This document shows, piece by piece, positions 1 through 6,647 of a stretch of DNA of 32,000 nucleotides. The position numbers and the translations under genes are program-made. The first letter of the stretch is position 1; every line of letters starts with the position of its first letter. The notes under the pieces are model-generated. The model had not been told where the DNA came from. It did no database searches and was given only the letters and a program-made list of their open reading frames with translations. The DNA is from Erysipelotrichaceae bacterium MTC7. Lineage in GTDB: Bacteria; Bacillota_I; Bacilli_A; Erysipelotrichales; Erysipelotrichaceae. The DNA lies in the NCBI GenBank assembly GCA_001695645.1, contig LVZN01000013.1:12336-44335 (forward strand). The letters are read 5' to 3'.

Positions 1-877
1 CAATATTCACTGAGAATAAAGCTAATAAACGCAAGAATACTAAAATACCTGATTGTGCAGCTTGGGCACTGATTTTGAAGATTCCAACTGGACCACTCAA
101 TTGACTTAAGTTTTTCCCGTGAAGTAAGTTGGCAAGTCCATCAAAGACTGCTGTACTAGCTTCACCAAGATCTTTTGTCCCATAGCCAATGGCATCAACT
201 GCTGAAATTTTAACAACCTTTCCAGGTGCAAAAGCAACCCCTATACGTTTGGATTCACTTTCTTTATCTAGCACTGGTGTTGCTTCTAGTTCAAGAATTT
301 TCCCATCACGATCAATGGTAAAAGTTAAAGTTCCTTCAAATGTATTCACGACACTTACCATTTCGCTTGCCGTTTTTACATCGTAAACATTGTTTTCCGT
401 ATCCGCGATTTTTGTGACCTTATCGCCAACTTTAAAACCAGCTTCACTTGCAATACTGTCACTAACAACTTCATTAATAATTGCCGGTTGTGCTTCCACA
501 CGTTGACCAACCGCCATGTTGATCCCCACAAAAACAACCCACGCTAGAATTACATTCATGATAATTCCTGCAAGCATGACAATGACTTGTTGATATGTCT
601 TTATTCCATTAATGGTACGTTCGAACGGTACATTTTCATCAGCTTTTGTATCGTCTGCTTCACCCGCCATGGAAACAAATCCACCAATTGGTAAAGCACG
701 AATGGAATACTGTGTTTCTCCTACTTGTTTTTTGAACAGAACAGGTCCCATTCCAATTGAAAATTCACCACAGTATACACCGAATGCTTTTGCCGTAAGA
801 AAGTGACCAAGTTCATGGATAAACACAATGACACTTAGTAAAATTACAAAACTTAAAATGGCAATAATCGTATCCAT
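1..877 (-). CDS. rseP: RseP/RasP-family site-2 zinc metalloprotease, N-terminal ~292 codons (3' end runs off the left edge)
   Basis: Absent from the ORF track because it is truncated. My translation of the minus strand from ATG 877..875 gives MDTIIAILSFVILLSVIVFIHELGHFLTAKAFGV...IRALPIGGFVSMAGE... with the HExxH motif (HELGH). The frame stays open to position 1. A GGAGGG SD lies just upstream. It follows dxr as in the conserved uppS-cdsA-dxr-rseP cluster. Confidence 0.85.
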   Translation of the reverse strand, partial: MDTIIAILSFVILLSVIVFIHELGHFLTAKAFGVYCGEFSIGMGPVLFKKQVGETQYSIRALPIGGFVSMAGEADDTKADENVPFERTINGIKTYQQVIVMLAGIIMNVILAWVVFVGINMAVGQRVEAQPAIINEVVSDSIASEAGFKVGDKVTKIADTENNVYDVKTASEMVSVVNTFEGTLTFTIDRDGKILELEATPVLDKESESKRIGVAFAPGKVVKISAVDAIGYGTKDLGEASTAVFDGLANLLHGKNLSQLSGPVGIFKISAQAAQSGILVFLRLLALFSVNI

Positions 878-2026
878 TTATTTCCCTCCATATTCATATA
901 CAAAAGCACGTGTTTTTTCATCCGTTACTCGTAAATCTTCGTAACTTGGATTTGCAATAAATTCCATCGTTTCGTATGCTTTTGCAATACACTCTTCAAT
1001 TTGTAAGAATGTAATCTTTTCATTTAAAAATAATTCAACCGCAACTTCATCTGCCGCATTTAAAATCGCACCGCTATTTCCACCACGTTTACCCGCTTCA
1101 TAAGCAAGGGCTAAAAGTGGAAAGCGTTCAAAATCCATCGCATCAAAGTGTAACATTCCTACCTTGATTAAATCAAGAGGTTCACTTTGCATAAGTGGTA
1201 GTCGATCAGGATAACTCAATGCATATTGGATAGGAATGCGCATATCTGCGGTTCCTAGTTGCGCTATAACAGAACGATCCACGTATTCAACAAGGGAATG
1301 TACAATACTTTCCTTGTTGATAATGGTATCAATATTCGCAAAGTCAATATCAAACAAGTAATGCGCTTCAATCACTTCAAATCCTTTATTCATCATCGTC
1401 GCGCTATCAATCGTGATGCGTTTTCCCATCGACCAATTGGGGTGACTTAAAGCATCTTTTACACTTACATCAACAAGTTGTTCTCGTGTTTTATCACGAA
1501 AACTTCCACCACTGGCACTAACGATAAGACGTTTCACTTCACTGGTTTTATTTCCTTGTAAGCATTGAAAGATCGCAGAGTGTTCACTATCAATTGGCAA
1601 CATCGTTCCCTTGAATTTTTTTAGTGCAGCTTTGACTAAGGGTCCTCCAGTCACCAAACTTTCTTTATTAGCTAAAGCTAAGACCATCCCTTTTTCGATG
1701 GTTAAAAGACTTGGTTTTAATCCAGCAAATCCAACAAGTGCATTAATTACCATATCTGCTTTTACATCCAACAATCCAAGCAATCCATCATCACCGTGAC
1801 CAAAATGCAAATTTGGATACATCGCTTGTAAAGCAAGTGCATCACTTTCCTTACGTACACTGTAGTATTTACAGGTTGGATAGATGCGAATGATTTTTTT
1901 AAGTTCTTCTATATTGTAACCAGCTGCCATGGCAACGATTTCATACATATTCGGGTGTCCAAGTACTACATCGATACTTTGTGTTCCAATCGAACCTGTT
2001 GCGCCAAGTAATATTATTTTTTTCAT
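878..2026 (-). CDS. dxr: 1-deoxy-D-xylulose-5-phosphate reductoisomerase (MEP pathway)
   Basis: 382-aa track ORF. N-terminal NADPH-binding LGATGSIGTQ, plus LANKESLV and DSEHSAIFQC motifs typical of Dxr. Conserved position after cdsA. Confidence 0.97.
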   Translation of the reverse strand: MKKIILLGATGSIGTQSIDVVLGHPNMYEIVAMAAGYNIEELKKIIRIYPTCKYYSVRKESDALALQAMYPNLHFGHGDDGLLGLLDVKADMVINALVGFAGLKPSLLTIEKGMVLALANKESLVTGGPLVKAALKKFKGTMLPIDSEHSAIFQCLQGNKTSEVKRLIVSASGGSFRDKTREQLVDVSVKDALSHPNWSMGKRITIDSATMMNKGFEVIEAHYLFDIDFANIDTIINKESIVHSLVEYVDRSVIAQLGTADMRIPIQYALSYPDRLPLMQSEPLDLIKVGMLHFDAMDFERFPLLALAYEAGKRGGNSGAILNAADEVAVELFLNEKITFLQIEECIAKAYETMEFIANPSYEDLRVTDEKTRAFVYEYGGK

Positions 2027-2793
2027 ATAATAATAACCATCACTGCCGCAAACGCGACAAGGGTAAAAATAAGTGAATCAATACGATCTAAGAATCCTCC
2101 ATGACCTGGGAAAATGTTAGAAAAATCTTTGATATGGTAGTCTCGTTTAATATTCGAGAAAGATAAATCACCGATTTGACTGACAATTGGTAACCATAAA
2201 GATCCAACGATAAGCAAGATAAGTGGCATATCTTTCACAACAAAGATGGCAAACAAGGCAGATAGTACCGCCCCAGTTGCCCAACCACCAACTGCACCTT
2301 CTACTGTTTTCTTAGGTGAGATTTCTGGTAAAAGTTTTGTTTTACCAAAAATACTGCCAACAAAGTAAGCACCTGTATCACAACCGTAAGTAGCAAGTAG
2401 AATGTACCAAATGTACAAGTGATTGTACGAGTAGATGTAAAAGAACACCTTACCTAAAATAAACGTAATAGTTGATATCGCAATCAGAAAGAATACATCT
2501 TCCGTCAACACACGCTTTCTAAATAGTGGTGTTGCAAGTTGAACAAAAATAAGCACTGCAAATGCAAAGAAGCTATATTTTTCCGGTATGATAACCAAAC
2601 ATCCATTCAGTAGAAACAATAAAGCCAACAATGCTGTACTTAGTGATTTGCGATTTGGTAATAAAGAGACAAGTTCAAAACTGGCAACCAAGACGATTAA
2701 ACCAACTAGAACTTTCAATAAAATTCCTCCATATAATAAAGGTGGAATGACACAAGCAATGATTACTAGTGCAGTTATGATTCGTTTTACCAT
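2023..2793 (-). CDS. cdsA: phosphatidate cytidylyltransferase (CDP-diglyceride synthase), polytopic membrane protein
   Basis: 256-aa hydrophobic track ORF with C-terminal SxxKRxxxxKDxxxxxPGHGGxxDRxD signature (SNIKRDYHIKDFSNIFPGHGGFLDRIDS). 4-nt overlap with dxr. Confidence 0.93.
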   Translation of the reverse strand: MVKRIITALVIIACVIPPLLYGGILLKVLVGLIVLVASFELVSLLPNRKSLSTALLALLFLLNGCLVIIPEKYSFFAFAVLIFVQLATPLFRKRVLTEDVFFLIAISTITFILGKVFFYIYSYNHLYIWYILLATYGCDTGAYFVGSIFGKTKLLPEISPKKTVEGAVGGWATGAVLSALFAIFVVKDMPLILLIVGSLWLPIVSQIGDLSFSNIKRDYHIKDFSNIFPGHGGFLDRIDSLIFTLVAFAAVMVIII

Positions 2794-2795
2794 AA

Positions 2796-3485
2796 TTAGA
2801 CACCTCCAAAACGGCGTTCGCGATGATTGAATTCCTCAATGATTTCACGAAAGCGTGTTTCATCTAGTTCTGGCCATGCATAGTCAACAAAAACAAATTC
2901 CGCATATGCAAGTTGCCACAACAAGAAGTTTGATAAACGTTTTTCCCCACTGGTGCGAACCAATAGATCAATTTCTGGCAAACCATTGGTCATCATATAA
3001 GAACCAAACGTTGCTTCATCAATTTCTAAAGACTGTTTTCCGGCTAACACATCTTTTGCATATTGCTGTGCAGCCAGTGTAATTTCACGTCTTGAACCGT
3101 AATTGATGGCAATCACTAACTTCAAACCTGTATTATCAATTGTTTGACGTTCCGCTTCTAAAATGACTTTCACTGTATCACTAGGAAAGCGCTCAAGTTC
3201 ACCAATATGCATGACTTTTATATTATTTTCTTTCAATTCTTTAATGTATTTATTAAAGAACATTTTTGGTAATTTGCATAAATATTCAACTTCTTTGGGT
3301 GGACGTTTCCAGTTTTCTGTACTAAAAGCATACAACGTTAAGGCTTCGATTCCCAAACGGTTTGCTTCTAAGGCGATGGTGCGAATGGTCTCTGCACCTG
3401 CTTTATGTCCTTTTGTTCGTTCAAATCCTTTTGCTTTTGCCCAGCGACCATTTCCGTCCATGATCATTGCTACGTGTTTTACCAT
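2796..3485 (-). CDS. uppS: undecaprenyl (isoprenyl) diphosphate synthase
   Basis: Track ORF 2796..3512 trimmed to ATG at 3485 (MVKHVAMIMDGNGRWA...), preceded by GGAGGC SD. MDGNGRWA and RTSGExRxSNFLLWQ motifs. Confidence 0.95.
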   Translation of the reverse strand: MVKHVAMIMDGNGRWAKAKGFERTKGHKAGAETIRTIALEANRLGIEALTLYAFSTENWKRPPKEVEYLCKLPKMFFNKYIKELKENNIKVMHIGELERFPSDTVKVILEAERQTIDNTGLKLVIAINYGSRREITLAAQQYAKDVLAGKQSLEIDEATFGSYMMTNGLPEIDLLVRTSGEKRLSNFLLWQLAYAEFVFVDYAWPELDETRFREIIEEFNHRERRFGGV

Positions 3486-3505
3486 AGTTAGCCTCCATAA
3501 AGTAA

Positions 3506-3523
3506 AACCCACTTACGTGGGTT
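3506..3523 (-). terminator. short hairpin between frr and uppS (AACCCAC-GTAA-GTGGGTT), possible partial terminator or attenuator
   Basis: 7-bp stem with GNRA-like loop immediately after the frr stop. It is followed on the minus strand by TTTACTTTAT, a weak U-tract. Confidence 0.4.
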
Positions 3524-3525
3524 AA

Positions 3526-4071
3526 TTAAATTGACATGATTTCTTCGACTTTTGTTTTAACTGTTTCGTCAATTTTCTTCACGTATTCATCCGTAAGTTT
3601 TTGAATACGATCTTGTGCATCTTTTTTCATATCTTCTGTAAGTTCAGAAGCTTTTTTTGCAGCATCGTTAGCATCACGACGAATGTTACGGATTACAATT
3701 TTGCTTTCTTCACCAACCTTCGCTGCATCTTTTCCTAAAGATTTACGTGTATCTTCTGTTAATGGTGGAATGTTAATACGTAAGACATCTCCATCATTTT
3801 GCACAGGATATCCTAAATCACATGCGTTGATTGCTTGAAGCATATCTTTAACTAGACTTTTGTCATAAGGTTTAATTAACAATTGACGTCCTTCAACTAC
3901 TTGAATACTCGCCATTTGGTTAACTGGTGTTGGTGAACCATAGTAATCTACTTCTACACGATCCAACATCGCTGGATTTGCTCTACCAGTACGAATATCT
4001 ACTAAATTGTTGTGAAGTGCATCCATTGCACGTTCCATTTTTTCTTTTGCGTTATCTAAAATTGTTTGCAT
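3526..4071 (-). CDS. frr: ribosome recycling factor
   Basis: 181-aa track ORF. The N-terminus MQTILDNAKEKMERAMDALHNNLVDIRTGRANPAMLD and the overall length are typical of Frr. Sits between pyrH and uppS. Confidence 0.97.
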   Translation of the reverse strand: MQTILDNAKEKMERAMDALHNNLVDIRTGRANPAMLDRVEVDYYGSPTPVNQMASIQVVEGRQLLIKPYDKSLVKDMLQAINACDLGYPVQNDGDVLRINIPPLTEDTRKSLGKDAAKVGEESKIVIRNIRRDANDAAKKASELTEDMKKDAQDRIQKLTDEYVKKIDETVKTKVEEIMSI

Positions 4072-4072
4072 C

Positions 4073-4786
4073 TTATTTTTCTCCTTTACTAATTACAGTT
4101 CCAATTGTATTTCCTTTAATTGCTTTTAAGATATTGCCACGTTCATTCATATTGAAGACAATCAAGTCAATATCGTTATCCATACACATACTTGTTGCAG
4201 TTGTATCCATGACTTGCAACCCTTGATTTAATAGATCCATGTACGTTAAACGTTCGTATTTTTGCGCATCAGGATTTTTCTTTGGATCGCTATCATATAC
4301 CCCATCAACACCATTTTTGGCCATTAAGATCACATCTGCTTTAATTTCACTTGCGCGTAATGCTGCAGTGGTATCCGTTGAGAAGTATGGTGAACCAGTT
4401 CCTGCTCCAAAGATTACAATTCTGCCTTTTTCTAGGTGACGAATGGCTCTTCTTACAATGAATGGTTCCGCAATTTTTTGCATTTCAATTGCTGTTTGCA
4501 CACGTGTTGGTACACCAATTTGTTCCAATGCATTTTGGACCGCTAGTGCATTTATAACAGTACCAAGCATTCCCATGTAATCCCCTTGAACACGATCAAT
4601 TCCCAATTGTTCAACAAGTTTTCCACGGATGAAGTTTCCTCCGCCGACAACAATTGCTAAATCAACACCTTGTTCGTGAACTTCCTTTAATTCTTCGGCA
4701 AGTTGTTCAAGGATTTTTGGGTCAAAAGCATTTCCGTTCCCAGATAAAGCTTCCCCGCTTAGTTTTAATAGAACTCGATTATACAT
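4073..4786 (-). CDS. pyrH: UMP kinase
   Basis: 237-aa track [14 protein letters not shown] and [10 protein letters not shown] motifs of the amino-acid-kinase-fold UMP kinases. Confidence 0.97.
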   Translation of the reverse strand: MYNRVLLKLSGEALSGNGNAFDPKILEQLAEELKEVHEQGVDLAIVVGGGNFIRGKLVEQLGIDRVQGDYMGMLGTVINALAVQNALEQIGVPTRVQTAIEMQKIAEPFIVRRAIRHLEKGRIVIFGAGTGSPYFSTDTTAALRASEIKADVILMAKNGVDGVYDSDPKKNPDAQKYERLTYMDLLNQGLQVMDTTATSMCMDNDIDLIVFNMNERGNILKAIKGNTIGTVISKGEK

Positions 4787-4804
4787 CTATAATACCTTCC
4801 TTTA

Positions 4805-4819
4805 TATACAGTCTGTATA
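4805..4819. promoter_or_regulatory. perfect 7-1-7 palindrome TATACAG-T-CTGTATA in the pyrH 5' region
   Basis: Read directly. It lies between a TATAAT-like -10 (minus strand, 4831..4836) and the pyrH SD (AAGGAAGG). Confidence 0.4.
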
Positions 4820-4911
4820 GACTCTAGTTTATTATACATGATTTGTGAAACCACTTCCACCGTAAATATAAAGAAGACAACAAAATCTATGTGAACTTTT
4901 AGCAATAGTTT

Positions 4912-4940
4912 TTGACATATGTCAATAATAGGCATATACT
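4912..4940 (+). promoter_or_regulatory. sigma-A-type promoter of the DUF134-mrp operon (TTGACA-17 nt-TATACT); the -35 lies inside a 14-bp palindrome
   Basis: TTGACA 4912..4917, 17-nt spacer, TATACT 4935..4940. About 36 nt upstream of the AAGGAG SD and ATG 4977. TTGACATATGTCAA (4912..4925) is its own reverse complement. Confidence 0.7.
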
Positions 4941-4976
4941 TTTTCTTGTACAAATTACAACTAAGGAGAACTATCG

Positions 4977-5312
4977 ATGCCAAGACCAAAAAAGACAAGA
5001 AATATCTGTGAACGTCCACGTTGTACAAGTTTTCGTCCTGACCTTCATCACGAGAAAGAAACACTCTTACCACTTGATGAATACGAAGTGATTCGTTTAA
5101 TCGACTATGAAGGCTTAAACCAAGAACAATGCGCGGCGCAAATGGGAATTTCAAGAACTTTAGTACAAGCGATGTATGCACGTGCACGTAAGCAAATTGC
5201 CATATGTTTGGTTGAGTCAACCGCCTTACGAATAAGTGATCATCGTGAAGTTTGCCCAAAAGTGCATAAAAAACGTCCTTGTTGTAAAAAAGGAGGAACT
5301 CAACATGAGTAA
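4977..5312 (+). CDS. DUF134/UPF0251-family small putative DNA-binding protein (sigma-70 region-4-like HTH) with N- and C-terminal Cys clusters
   Basis: 111 aa. MPRPKKTRNICERPRCTSFRP...LDEYEVIRLIDYEGLNQEQCAAQMGISRTLVQAMYARARKQIA matches my recollection of the UPF0251 pattern (MPRPxKxRxVC..P....F.P, DExExIRLxDxEGxxQEExA..M.VSRxTV). Cys at 11, 16, 93, 102 and 103. AAGGAG SD 8 nt upstream. Confidence 0.85.
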   Translation: MPRPKKTRNICERPRCTSFRPDLHHEKETLLPLDEYEVIRLIDYEGLNQEQCAAQMGISRTLVQAMYARARKQIAICLVESTALRISDHREVCPKVHKKRPCCKKGGTQHE

Positions 5313-6576
5313 TTGTAATAACGACTGTGGTTCATGTAGCGAAAACTGTAACGATAGAACCACACCGCAAAGTTTTTTAGAAGAACCAAATAAGAACGCT
5401 AACATCAAGAAAGTCATCGGAATCGTAAGTGGTAAAGGTGGCGTTGGAAAATCACTTGTCACTTCTCTACTTGCCTCAAGCATGCAAAGAAAAGGTTATC
5501 CAAGTGCGATTCTTGATGGAGATATCACAGGACCTTCCATTCCAAAAGCGTTTGGAATTAAAGATAAAGCCTATGGAAATGACAACGGTATGTTCCCTGC
5601 GACTTCTAGTACAGGTGTAAAACTCTTTTCAACCAACATGTTGCTTCAAAACGAAAGTGATCCAGTCGTTTGGCGTGGACCAGTTATTGCTGGAATGATC
5701 AAGCAATTCTGGCAAGAAGTACAATGGGGTGATGTAGATTACATGTTTGTTGATATGCCTCCAGGAACTGGAGATGTACCATTGACTGTCTTCCAATCTC
5801 TTCCTGTTGATGGAATTATCATTGTGACAAGTCCACAAGAACTGGTATCAATGATTGTTGAAAAAGCAGTCAACATGGCAAACATGATGCAAATCCCAGT
5901 TTTGGGTATAGTTGAAAATATGAGTTACTTCATTTGTGATTCTTGTAATAAAGAACACCATATTTTCGGTGATAGTCACCTTGAAGAAATTGCTGAAAAA
6001 TTTGGCATTGAAACCATTGCACGTTTACCGATGGACCCTAGCTTTGCAAAACTTGTTGACCAAGGAAGAATTGAAGATTTAAACGTGACCCAAATTCAAC
6101 CAATCACAACCATGTTGGAAACCGTTGAAAGCCTTCATAACAATAAAGAAGAAGCAACAGATCAACCAGCAACAAATATAACTGCAATTGTAGCAATACC
6201 ATACGATAAAGGACAAGTGTTCCAACATTTTGGTAAAACCAAAGAGTTCAAGATTTACACTGTCAAAAATAGTCAAATCACGAATCAAAGAATCATTTCT
6301 GCTGGTACAGCGGGACACCACGAACTTGTAAATGTATTACAAGCGCAAAATGTCGACACTTTACTTTGTGGTGGTATGGGTAATGGTGCCAAGGATGCAA
6401 ACGAAGCTGCAGGTATTACTGTATACACAGGATTTACAGGCAGTTGCGAACAAGCAATCGCCAAATACATAAGTGGAACTGCGACATTATCAAGTGATGC
6501 AACATGCGATCACCATGATCACGAACATCATCACGACCATGAGCACCAATGTAGTGGAAACTGCGCAAATCACTAA
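5305..6576 (+). CDS. fusion protein: Mrp/NBP35/ApbC-type P-loop ATPase + NifX/NafY/NifB-C-type (dinitrogenase FeMo-cofactor-binding family) domain + His-rich tail
   Basis: Track ORF 5236..6576 trimmed to ATG 5305 (AGGAGG SD 8 nt upstream; ATGAGTAA overlap with the upstream stop). N-terminal CNNDCGSCSENC. Deviant Walker A SGKGGVGKS (nt 5431..5454). DMPPGTGD. CxxC (ICDSCNKEHHIFG, nt ~5935). C-terminal domain VAIPYDKGQVFQHFGKTKEFKIYTV...LLCGGMGNGAKDANEAAGITVYTG (nt ~6181..6495). Tail CDHHDHEHHHDHEHQCSGNC (nt 6505..6573). Confidence 0.88.
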   Translation: MSNCNNDCGSCSENCNDRTTPQSFLEEPNKNANIKKVIGIVSGKGGVGKSLVTSLLASSMQRKGYPSAILDGDITGPSIPKAFGIKDKAYGNDNGMFPATSSTGVKLFSTNMLLQNESDPVVWRGPVIAGMIKQFWQEVQWGDVDYMFVDMPPGTGDVPLTVFQSLPVDGIIIVTSPQELVSMIVEKAVNMANMMQIPVLGIVENMSYFICDSCNKEHHIFGDSHLEEIAEKFGIETIARLPMDPSFAKLVDQGRIEDLNVTQIQPITTMLETVESLHNNKEEATDQPATNITAIVAIPYDKGQVFQHFGKTKEFKIYTVKNSQITNQRIISAGTAGHHELVNVLQAQNVDTLLCGGMGNGAKDANEAAGITVYTGFTGSCEQAIAKYISGTATLSSDATCDHHDHEHHHDHEHQCSGNCANH

Positions 6577-6586
6577 AACCAAAAAC

Positions 6587-6620
6587 AAAGAGAACTCAGC
6601 ATTTGAGTTCTCTTTTTGTG
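6587..6620. terminator. bidirectional rho-independent terminator between the convergent mrp-fusion gene and the adhesin gene
   Basis: 12-bp stem AAAGAGAACTCA / TGAGTTCTCTTT with a 5-nt loop. T-run follows on the plus strand (TTTTTG), and a T-rich run follows on the minus strand (TTTGTTTTTGGTTTT). Confidence 0.8.
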
Positions 6621-6647
6621 TCTACATCCAAACGAATTTAGATTTGA

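Noticed and set aside
4765-5259. 164-aa minus-strand track ORF antisense to the DUF134 gene and the promoter region
   Set aside because: It has no SD and a low-complexity, odd composition. It fully overlaps a well-supported plus-strand gene and promoter, and its 3' end also overlaps the pyrH start. It is a typical shadow ORF.
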